A DNA stretch of 64,000 nt from Massalongia carnosa (Eukaryota), in NCBI GenBank assembly GCA_965645245.1, contig OZ287085.1:868001-932000 (forward strand). Reading direction: 5' to 3'. The notes under the pieces are model-generated. The model was not told where the DNA came from, made no database searches, and saw only the letters and a program-made list of their open reading frames with translations. Within the stretch, counting starts at the first letter, position 1; each line of letters starts with the position of its first letter. Of this stretch, positions 20,601 to 31,815 are shown one piece after another. Made by a program: the position numbers and the translations under genes.

Positions 20601-23600
20601 CTTCAATAGGATGAGCCGCGCCTTCTACGTAGTGTCTCCACTGCCGGCACGCTCCTACGATGGCCAGCATTTCGGCTTCGCCGATGCCATAATTTCTCTC
20701 AGGATCAGTCATTTTCCTAGACCAGTATGCAATAGGATGCCATTGTCCTGTCTCTGGATTTAATTGAGTAATGATCGCAGAGACAGCAAATCCCGATGCG
20801 TCCGTTTCAATCCTTATCTTTAGACTGGGATCGAAATGACGAAGCATGGGTGCCGTCATAAACGCGGCCTTTAGACGGTGAAAAGCCTTTCGACCCTCTT
20901 CTGTTAGGGTAAATTTGGTTGTAAATTTTCCTTTCGTACTTCCTTTCAATAGATCGGAGAGTGCGGATACTATGCGGGCAAACGCCTCAACGAATCTGCG
21001 ATAGAAATTGGCAAAGCCTAAAAATACCTGCACGTCTCTATGTGTTCCCGGTTCAGGCCAGCTCCGAATAGTCTCGACGCGGCTGGGGTCCATAGAAATT
21101 CCATCCGCGCCTACTAAGAACCCAAGAAACAGGGTTTCTAACACATGAAACTCGCACTTTGATAACTTCGCGAAGAGTTTGAACTTCCGCAGCCTCCCGA
21201 GTACTTTTCGTATGTGTTCCACATGTTCATCGAACGTCTCCGAGAAGATGAGAATATCATCTAGGAATGCAATTGCGAACAGATCAAGAAACTCGGGCAG
21301 CGTTTTATTAATATATGCTTGAAATGTCGCTGGGGCATTTGCTAGTCCGAATGGCATGACCTTATATTCGAAGTGTCCATAACGGGTTCTAAACGCCGTC
21401 TTCCATTCGTCACCTGCCCGGATGCGTATCAGATTGTATGCGGCACGCAGGTCTATCTTTGTAAAGAACTTTGCTCCCACCAGTCGATCTAATACTTCTG
21501 CGATTAAAGGCAGAGGATGTCGATTCTTAATGGTGCTGGAGTTTAGTCCTCGATAGTCTACGCATAAACGCAACTCTCCATCGCTCTTCTTTACAAAGAG
21601 TATGGGTGCTCCCGCTGGAGACACGGATGGGGTGATGAAGCCTTTCGCGAGGTGCTCGTCTATGTACTTTCTCAAGACCTCTAATTCTACAATGGAAAGA
21701 GGATAGATAGGCCCGTACGGGGGTTGACTACCTTCCGTTTCTATTGCATGATCATGAGATGCATGAGCGGGAAGCTTGTTTGCTTTCTCTTCAGAAAAGA
21801 CATCGAGGAAGTCTTGATACTCCTCAGGAAGAATGACTTCAACGGTCGCACCGAGTACGGGACTATCACGGGTCACATCCGTTACTTCGATGGCTAAGAG
21901 ATAAGCACCAACTTCTGTGATACATTCATCAAACTCCTCTGCACTAAGTAATGCTATGTTTATAGATACGGGTTAGTCACGCGCATTATACGGTTCTTTC
22001 CTAGTAGAAGAACTCATCAAGATATCTTCCGAAGTAAGACTTCTCTTGGTCTCATGTGCATTATTCGGGTTCACGAAAGAAGACTCCGATGACAACTGTA
22101 CATTCTTTGCAACGATCGATGTCGCTGATTTCTTCTCTGGGCTCACAGAGCGTCCGACTGAACTTCTACGGCTCCTAAGCGGAGCAGGTATGGGCAGTTG
22201 CTTTCTTCTTTTTGCCAAGGCTCTTTGCCTCACGAGCTTGTACCGCCCTTTCGGTAGCGTGGGTCCATTCATTAAATGATTTCCAGGTACCGGTGGCAAC
22301 TCTGTGGGTTTATGAACCTGTATTTTTTGCAACGGTGGAAGTGGGATCGGTGGCGACGCAGGCCCTAGCCGATACCACCACTTCCGCTGACCCCATGCTA
22401 TCTCGGGATCTTCCCGTATTAGCCATGGTAGGCCCAGAATAACATCGAATCCAGCGAAGTCTGCTGCGATGAAGTCCGCCTTGGTAACACGCTCATTCTC
22501 TATCGAGTCCACAACTTTGGCGTACAAAGTATGAAGTTGATAGGTCCTGAGCGCAGTACCGTCAATGGTCCGAACCCCATGCGGGAGATCAATGCCAGGC
22601 TCACAGCCCAACCTCTTAATTAGGATCTGGGTGATAAAGTTCAAAGTTGCACCACAATCTATGAGACCTCTTACCGTCAACTTGAACTTACCGCATATCA
22701 TAGTAACCGGCGTCACTATGTGGTTGACATTTTGCCCCCTAGCAGAACGGGTCAATAGAAGGGTTGCGATGTCTACTGGCCCCTGCCGTTTCCCTCCATC
22801 TTTGGATTATTGGGTTTGAGACAAGTCTTTGCCATGTGGCCGTAATCGCCGCAGTTATAGCACTTGATGGTACTGTCGTTGTTACCATTGTTGCCACGGC
22901 GTTCCCGCTGACGGCCCGGATCTGTCCTGTCTCGATTGAAGGACCTCATTGGCTCCTTACCGTTTGATCCGTGTCGATTATACTTTCCTCCCTCGTTATA
23001 TGTGCGATGGGAAGATACGGACCTCTTGCGACGCTGACCTTGATGGAAACCGTCCTTGTTCCTCTTGTCATAAGTAGGGGTTTGATGAAAGCCAGATCAG
23101 TAATCATTCCCCGAGTCCGATTTCCAGACGTTCCATCCAGATGTGGCGTCGCTGTCCCGTGTGGGTCGCGATGGTGCCTCTCTTCGGCCATTCGCCTTGG
23201 TACGGTTATAGTTGTTGTCAATGGCCTCGAGCTTCTGAGCTAAGGGTTCAAGGAGTTCCCGGGTGGTTACCGAAGAGTTGTGCTTGATTATTTCTTCCCG
23301 GAGGGTAGGCTTCAGAGCTCCTAGGAGTGTGTTCATTCTCATGGATGACTCTTGTGGGGGTAGGATGTCTTCTATGCTCCTGATGTACGCGATTAGCGGG
23401 CAACGGTTTGTCCTTCCCGTTGTCGCATTGAGCGGTACTTCAAGAATCCGTCATGAATTCGGAGGTGTGGCGGCCATACATCGTCTCTCAACCAGGTAAC
23501 GTATGTTTCCCAGGTAATATTATCGAGACCTACCGCTTCCTCGTGGGTCTGCCACTTGATAACGACGTCTCCTCGCTTGAAGGCTTTGGCGAAAAGGATC

Positions 23601-24440
23601 TGTCCCTTGGCCGTATCATATGTGGCAGGCTTTTGCTGAAAAGCCTGGAGACACTGGGCTATAAAGATGACACATTTAGCATACGTGTCAGCTGTGTACA
23701 GATCTACCTTGATGACGTTCAGCCGAGCCTCAACCTTTCGATTGTTCTCTAGATTCTTCTCGAGTATCTCTTCGCTGGACGGCAACCTGCTGCTGCGGCC
23801 CCGGTGAGACAACGTCATTGGACTGGTATCAGCGAGAGGAAAACCGTCCTGTTCTTCTTGCTCCATGCTGGCAAGCTGTTGGCTAAGGTGAGCCTCAGCT
23901 TTCTTTGCCATGATGGTATCTATACGCGCTTGCATCTGTTCCTTGGTTAACCTTACCCCAGGAGAAGGACTGCTTAGGCTTGAGTCAGTTAAGCCCGACA
24001 CGGTGCCGATGTCTGGCCCGATGTCCATCTGGCTGTCTACCACAATCCCTATACTAGGATGTTGGGCCTCTGGCTCCAGTTCAGACTCCAAGGGTTGGGC
24101 GCCTACGGAACGACTTCGGAGGGTGTAAGAGGTCATAATAGAGGATAAATGTCGTTGAGACGACAGGATAGGGTAGAGTTCCCACTGGACCACTCGTCGT
24201 AATGGATCTTACAATATGTGAGAGTGACTCTGGACTAGGAGTAGTGTAGTGGGTTAAGAGTAGAACAATTTAGTACGGAGTAGTTAAATTGTAAGATGAT
24301 CTATCTAGATGGGCCTAACACCATATTATATAGATCAGTGGGAATAGTCGAGGTCGAGTTTCTTCAGTACTCTGCCAACTAGGGCGGACGTTCCTCAGAC
24401 CTTCTGTCCCGTCCCATTAGTCATCGCTTGACCTGACTAC
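17619..24440 (-). mobile_element. Decayed Ty3/Gypsy chromovirus (element G2) with a truncated 5' LTR
   Basis: 3' LTR at 17619-18110 with the adjacent PPT (AAGGGGAGGCCTAT on minus). Partial 5' LTR at 24217-24440. Gag and pol are fragmented. Confidence 0.92.
18374..24136 (-). pseudogene. gag-pol of G2, broken by stops and frameshifts
   Basis: Gag starts MTSYTLRSR at 24136 and has a CYNCGDYGHMAKTC knuckle. Pol motifs: LIDCGAT (PR), FLDD (RT), ETDAS (RH), integrase and chromodomain. Breaks at about 23400, 21973, 20550 and 19787. Confidence 0.9.
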
Positions 24441-24468
24441 TGTGTACAGGTAAACGGATATCATTATA

Positions 24469-24765
24469 CTATCCCCCCACTAAACAATCTTGAAAACATG
24501 GGATTTTGCAAGGGCGGTACGGGGGTATGTGCTAGGGTGAAAACGGGCGTGGATACAGGCTTGTCGCCAATCAGACAGTCGAATCTTCTGGATATTTGTG
24601 GAAGGTAAAATCACTAAGGGATTCGCTGTAGGGCTGTACATTAAAAAGTTTTTACATGTCCTGATTGGCTCGAAGCCCTGGTTTCCACCCATGTGCTGTC
24701 AAGTCATCACTCCCATCCTCCCCTTGCAAAAAACCCATGTTTTCAAGATTGTTCAGGGGGGATAG
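24469..24765. mobile_element. MITE of about 297 bp with TA target duplication
   Basis: Imperfect TIR of about 45 bp, CTATCCCCCC..AACAATCTTGAAAACATGGG..TTGCAAGGG, with TA on both sides. Confidence 0.8.
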
Positions 24766-25049
24766 TATGTGAGGTTTGACATACTGAACCTTTTACAGAG
24801 ATGCTCTACGGTAAGCTAACATCAACTAACCCTAATCTAACAGATAACAGGATTTTCTTGATCTAACAGGGTTTTCTTGATCTAACAGGAACCGTTAGCA
24901 TATCATAACAAAGTCAACGATCCTAACACGCTAGATTTGGTTGCAATGGCAAACTTTGTCATTTTACTTTTCGCGTCGATCTCTTCTACTTTGCTCGTTT
25001 CCCAAATCCACAGGTATTGCATATTCCTTGTTGCTTCTTTTATTTCACT

Positions 25050-27468
25050 ATGTCAACATCAAAGGCAACCACTATCAACAACCCACAAAGAATCACAATG
25101 GTACGAACCTCCCCAGGATGTATAGAAACCAACGCGTATCGCTGACTTTGTTTTTCCTTCGAGAACTCTCAGGATTTTGATGATTCGCCTTCCGAGGAAG
25201 ACTTGCCTACATTGACACAACTAAAACGCTCTCGTGCACAATTTGATGGAAATAACACTTACGGAGACAACAAACGCTCACATCGCCTGTCTTGTGTGGA
25301 CGAGTTGGCTGAATCTAGTACTGGCAACGACTCAAGCGATGCGAGTTTCCAGCCGAGTGTAAATAGTACAGTCATGAATGCATGTATCGGGTTCTGACTT
25401 AGAACAGAAAACGCCGATAACTAAGTATGTGGCGAGGACATTACGGGCCGGCGTAGGCCGCGGTATTCAATACAGCTCAAGTTCTCCATCTCGAAGGAGC
25501 TCCTTACGAAGGGAAACCTTCCCCTCGTCTCCACCAAGAAACCCTTCCCGCGCGCTGGATAATATCTTGTCGCCTTCACAAATACGCACTCGTCGGGGTT
25601 TGCCTGCGACACTGTCCTCGCAAACTCTCGAGATCTCAAAGGTCCTCCCGATCAAGTCTACTTCCGGCACAAGGGCTGGCATAACGGAGGACAGAACAGT
25701 CTCCGAAATCAAAAAAATATATATGCTTATCGTTTACTCTGGGGTGACATATCAAGGCGAACCAAGTTCAACTCTAACCCTACTCATCAACTAATACTAC
25801 GTGCCATGATTCCTCCTTTCAACGGTCTGATAACGTCCGGCCACGCGGTTGAATTATGTTCGGCTTGGGCGAACACACAGAAGCCTCGATTGAGCAAATT
25901 AATGAGTCGTACTTGGTAGGACCTTGCGAAGCGTCTCGGTGACCTTCCTGGCAACCGGAACGTCGACGTAGCAGAACTTCCACCGCCAAAGAGGCTCGCA
26001 GGGTAGGTGAGGTCTTGCTTACAACGGATTTGTACATATAAAAACTAATCTGAGACTAGATTTATGATTCGAAACGGATTTTCGCTCTCAAATGTTGAGC
26101 AAAGTGAGATTGCTTGTGACTAACGAATACCCGTTCTCAGTTCAGAGCGACTGTCGAATATTCGTGTCCACTTTGCTAGACGATCTTCATTTTCTGTGCG
26201 AAGATTTATCAACGGTTAATATGTCCTAGTTATCTTGATATAAAGTTTAACTAACTCGCGAGTAGGCTCCGAAAAAGCGGGTTCTCGCGCCTATCTTGAT
26301 AAAGGCAATTACTCTGATATTCTTCAATAACGACAATGACTGCAGTTATGGACGCAATACCGACATTGCGCATTTGTTCAATCCACTTCGAGGAGAAGTG
26401 ATCGTATTGATAGCAACTCTGATTCAACATGCTATTGGAGAGTACGAATACGGGCCAAAAAAGGTACAGGCTTTTGATGGGTCACAGCGAGAGAGTAAGT
26501 TTGTATCAATATAATCTTTGCTGAGTTGAGGCATTGATGCTGAAAAGCAATCCATACTCGAATGACGAACACTTGGAATCAACAGTCCTCGGAGAGAAAG
26601 ATGTTGTTACAAAGAATCATTCATCGGCGGGTTATGCGTCAGGCTGGACAAAGAGATGGGGACTTTTCGGCGGTCACAAAAGCTGTCCACAATCCATTTG
26701 CCACTTCTATTGACGATCTTGTAGATCTTGATGCGGGAGATGAAATGACAAAGTCGGTCAGGTCGACAGCGCGGCTTTCTTCCTTGACATCTTCGTGTAG
26801 AACTTCGATCGTTCGTTGCGAGAAGGTGGATTCGGGTTTTTCCGTATGTCATGATTGGTATTATGCTTTGGAATTATCAGTAACAACAATAGAAGGAAAC
26901 CTCTTCACCTAGACCGCCGCAGTTGACGAGCCACGAGGTATGTAATCTTATTAACCGCGTTCTAACGTGGTATTAACATCTCTCCTAGAATTCTTCGCAA
27001 CGTGGACCCTCACAATTAAAGCACAGCGCATCAAGTTCATCCTTCGTAAGTATTCGCTTTGTTATAAAATATCTGTTAGTCTAACAATTGCGTTGGAAAC
27101 AGATTAACGACAAGATATCGTCAACTCCAACTCCACTCGCGCAAGACGCAATCGTGACGACAGATTCGGGTCAAGAAGTTGCGGTAGATTATGATTTACG
27201 CATGGGGAAAGACTGGCGGATTCGGATGAGGTATGATGCAACGTGGAAGGAGTGGTAGACTGCTGTGGGAATGAAAGATGGAGAGTCATTCTGGTATACT
27301 GTACCAACATTTCCTGAGGCCGTATTGAGCTTTGAGGAGGAATATAGTTCGTTTTTGGATCGGGTGGAACAGGTGCATAGAGTAATGATACGAAGAGGAA
27401 ACTGGGCGCAATCTCAAGCAGATGAAGACTCTGCGAGGGAGGACGACAATATGGGAGAACTCACATAA
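25050..27468 (+). pseudogene. Multi-exon gene relic, possibly containing a DUF6532-like domain
   Basis: Short GT..CTAAC..AG introns join the ORF pieces. The segment LFNPLRGEVIVLIATLIQHAIGEYEYG resembles the DUF6532 core as recalled, not searched. In-frame TAG codons at about 26910 and 27256. Confidence 0.5.
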
Positions 27469-27953
27469 CATTATTTAAACCAAATCTTGATAATATACTC
27501 GACTGGTGTGTCTTTATTGTCGTATCTGGCAGCATCAAGCGCTCGAAAAGGAAATAAAAGCAGTGCATTTTGACATACGCAAGATTTGTTACAATCGTTA
27601 CTGAAAAAACAAGTTAATTAATGAAATTATTGGATTCAAATGCTTACAATAACACAAAAGAGTCAATATAACAATTATCATCATTGGATAAAGAAAGGTA
27701 AAGGTAATCAATATTCAAAGAGCAGCTGTTTACAGGTCAAGCGCCCATGTCAAACGTGGGCGCAATCGGCAGTACCTAGAACATTTCGGCTAATTGACTA
27801 ATATAGCCTATTAGTCGACCAATTCGCGGGTCGACAGATCAATCATCAGCTCTACCCCTAGAACTCTGTTGAGAGAACTTACCTGGACACGCGCTGGACC
27901 AAAATAATCCGTTCAGCCGAAGCAATGAAATTCAGCGAAACACCAAATCTGTA

Positions 27954-30900
27954 ACGTAACCCACCACTAGTTCGTCACCCACCACTACTTTAAACACCAG
28001 AATATCTAAATACCCTCATCGTCATCATCAATGACAGCGACAATAATGATGAATTAAATAAATCTGAATAGCCTCGTCGCTCGAAAACAGTCTGATCATC
28101 ACCCGAGAGTAATTACATCCCCCACCCCCCTTCCATTACCATCCGAAAAACCTCGTCGTCGAACTTCAACTCTCAAGATTTATGTCTTCATAAATCAGGA
28201 CTTCCCTCCCTCACCACCGGCCTGATAAAATAAGGCGCGTTCAAACTCGACCCGTAAAGACTCGGAGATGCTTCCAAAGAACGAGCTTGCGGGGTAGGCG
28301 AATCCCATACAAAATTCAATTTTGTTTGGGTGGAATCCCAGTTAAACTCCATCTGACTTTGAGAGGTAAATGGATCATTTGTAGGCAAATTACATCGTCT
28401 TCTTTTCGATGGCCCTTGATTTAACATCTTCAACCTCTTTTCATCCTCCTTCTGCATGGCCTTTGCCACTCGTTCACGCTTACGTTCAGCCTTCATTTCA
28501 TCCTCTTTCTCTTTCTTCTCAGCCTGAGCGGCCAATCGTTTGATCATCTCATCTTTCTTTCTTTCAGCCTCCTTCTTCTTTTCAGCAGCGTTCACCTTTC
28601 TAGTCTCAACGGCCTCCTTTCTCAGACGAGTGACCTCTGCTTTCTCCTCCTCTTCTATGCGATATGCCTCGGCCTGAGCCTCGGTGAGAACACGTCCGAA
28701 AGCGCTACCATAAGTAGCCCTTTCCCCTGCCTCTTTTCTCTTTTTCTTTCTCTCCTCCTTGGCCAGATTCGCTTTTAATAATGACTGAGTAGAGTCTTGA
28801 AGAAGTGTTCGATCTGCGAAGGCGATAGCAGTTGCTCTTTTGAGACGCCGAAGCCGGTCTTGATGTGATTTGAGTATGAACATTTCTAATGAGTTCAACA
28901 TAGCAGAGTAATCGCGCTTGTTAGGAGTTCTATCGAAAGAATTGTTCGAAAATGAACTGTTGATGGAGGTGGAGGTGGAGGTGGAGGTCAAGGGAAATAC
29001 GATTGAACTCGAAGGGGCCGAAGGAACCGATTGAAGAAATTGAGGTAATTTCTCAATTACTCGCTGCGGGTCAAAAGGATAAATACCTGAACTTGTTAGC
29101 AAAACATTAAGAAAAGAATGTTACTTTTACTCACCAGTTGCAGCCCAAGCTGACATGATTACATCGGAAGTCATGACCTTTTCCCTTGCCCTCTTTAGAA
29201 ACTTCAGATAGTCCAATTTATTCACGTACATCTCTCCGAATTTATATCGCCCCTCCAGCTGTTTTTTGTATGCTTTGTCCAGAGGTCCGAAACATTCTAC
29301 GTCCAAAGGCTGTAGAAAATGAGTAGTATGAGGTGGAAGACAAAACGGAACTATATCCACTGACCAGCAGTACTCGATAAAATCAACAGAGACATGAAAC
29401 GCATGCCCGTCAATCAGAAGAAGTCGTCGGCCTCCCAAATGAACTGTCTGAGGATTGAAACACTCTCTCACCCAGGTCAGTCCATGACTGTTGTCAGTCC
29501 AGCCATTCTTGCTAACGGCAAAGGTTGCCTCGGGAAATTCCCCCTTCCAGGCTTTTACTATTCGTTTACCTTCGAAGATAATCATGGGCTTGAACACGCA
29601 TCCTCGAGTAGAAACGAACTCTATGCAGGTGCTCCATTTCCTGTCTCCAGAATGAACGGGAAAGGCGTTTTTGTCGCATCGTCGCACGATGACCTTTCTA
29701 CAAAATAATAAAAATTTTAGCGTAAACATCAAACCTTAAACGATGAGGCTTAAAACTTTAAATCAAGATTAAATTATCAACCAATCGATGATCTGAAATG
29801 TAGCCCCGCTCAAGCTTGTTAACCGTAAAACATCTAGTCTCAGATATTTTCTAACCGAAAGTGACTTAGCTGAAAATATGATCACTTACCGAATATTTCC
29901 CGCAACTCCCATCAGATGTCCTTTTCATCTATGTTATAAACATCACCTGTCGCAATGCCATACTTGTCCATTGTTCTTCGAACAAGCGAGAACCAATCCT
30001 CGAACACTTTGCGATCAGTGTTCCAGTGTCGTTCCTGATCCAAGTGACGAGGAAATCGAGAACGATAGTCCGGATATCGATCAAGAAAGCGCTTCGTCCA
30101 ATTAATTCCCAAAGGTGCAGGAGAATCAACGCGAAGTCTCAACAACTTCATGGCCTTTTCACGAACCATATCAAAGCGAGCGGGAAACCTCAAAGCAGCG
30201 CTCGAATCAATGTAATTAAGAATGGATTGCTCCTCGCTGTCATCCAAAAGGCGACGAGTCAGACCATACTCCGCGGCATTTCGACTTCCTTTCATTCGAC
30301 GGGCCACAGTTCCCCTGTTTACCCCGTAAATAAGAGCGACTTCGTTCGCTGTTTTTCTTTTGCTCTTTGCAGCTATGACAGCTAAACCTACACGATCTCC
30401 TCTGGAAAGCGGCGCAATCACCCGCCTGGCCAAAGGCGATGACATGGGCGAGGAAGACAGGGAAGAACATACCGAGTTCATGCGAAGTGGAGAGGGCGAT
30501 GATGCATAAAAAGCCTCCAACTATTCTTTCACTTCTCCGCGAATTTCTTTGCGCACATGGTCCATGGTCATGTCCGGTACGCGTGCGAGACCTGTCCAAT
30601 AGCCCTCCCGTTCTAAGACCTGACAATATGCCAGTTGACGCAGTAGATCAAGCTCCTTGTCGGGGTCATTATCCTTCAAAGCGGCCTCGAGCTCCGTGTT
30701 CAATTGTCGATGCATTCGCTCTCTCCACTCCTTTCCAGATATGCCATCTACAAAAGGTTCTTCGACAAGTTCTTCGAACTGTCGTCGGATGGCGACAGCC
30801 TGAAACACCGGATTGACTGAACGTTGCGGGAGGGGGGGGGAAGAATAAAACAATGGATGATGACTGGTATCGGGAGTCTCGGAGACCTCGACAAGATCAG

Positions 30901-31519
30901 AGCATGGAACCTGTACGTTCTCCTGATTGGAAGAGATGGAAGGGCGCGCGCCGGATGGGAATTTTTCAATTGAACTGGCCATGTCGAAAGGTCTTTGAAG
31001 AGGCAGGAAAAAGATGGAAGATTGTCCAGAAATTCGACAATTATACGACTATTTTACATACAAAAGACAACGAAGATTGGGAGAAATATCCGATGAAAAA
31101 AGAGCTTTTATGTTCATTTGGGCCTCTGATGATTTCTACTGGGCCTCTGATAATTCTAACCCCTTTGATTTTGATCTTGTTTGTAGCTAATCGAACTACT
31201 TTCATTCAAAATCACACCCGTCATCTCACTATAATTAATACTGTCGATCATGAAGCTATTACGAAGAGATTTTTCGCCTGGGGAGACTCGGAAGGCATGG
31301 GGAAGTCGGATCAAAAAGGGTGGTTGGTTTGGGCTCTGGGCGGCCAATTGTAGCAATTCCTTCGGTCCGGGGTTAGATTAATGGCTGAATAAGAGGCGCC
31401 TTTACTTAGATTCATGAAGTTATTCATATCGACGACGTTGCAGCTGGCGACAGCAAGGTAAATGAAGCAATTCTGGTGTTTAAAGTAGTGGTGGGTGACG
31501 AACTAGTGGTGGGTTACGT
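27954..31519 (-). mobile_element. Full-length pogo/Fot1-like DNA transposon (3566 bp)
   Basis: Perfect 50-bp TIRs ACGTAACCCACCACTAGTTCGTCACCCACCACTACTTTAAACACCAGAAT at 27954-28003 and 31470-31519, with a TA TSD. Confidence 0.95.
28188..30982 (-). pseudogene. Intron-containing pogo transposase (HTH-psq, CENP-B HTH, DDE_1)
   Basis: Motifs YGVNRGTVARR, GINWTKRFLDRYP, YNIDEK, SKNGWTD, LLIDGH and HFLQPLDV. Introns start GTAAGT (about 29889) and GTGAGT (about 29134). There is an in-frame TAG at 30521-30523 and a frameshift near 29915. Confidence 0.85.
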
Positions 31520-31815
31520 TATGTGGTTAAAATTTTTTAAAATAGAAGATAGTAAAAGAAAATGAGCCTGTAAAGTGATTGTTTGCGCCTGACCTTGGAT
31601 ATGAGCGTTGAGTTCACGGAAGGATTACTCAAGAGTCGTCCTTCCCAATCAACACTTAGCAAGATGATGCAGCCGAATAACTGGCAGCATATGACATTTT
31701 CCATAGTTTCTATTATACTATGCTACAGTGGTTTGCGAGCGCACTAATTCTTCTTCATCCGCTACCAAAGGAAGCCAATATTCTTAGTTCTAAGGCACAA
31801 AGGCGACTGCCTGAT

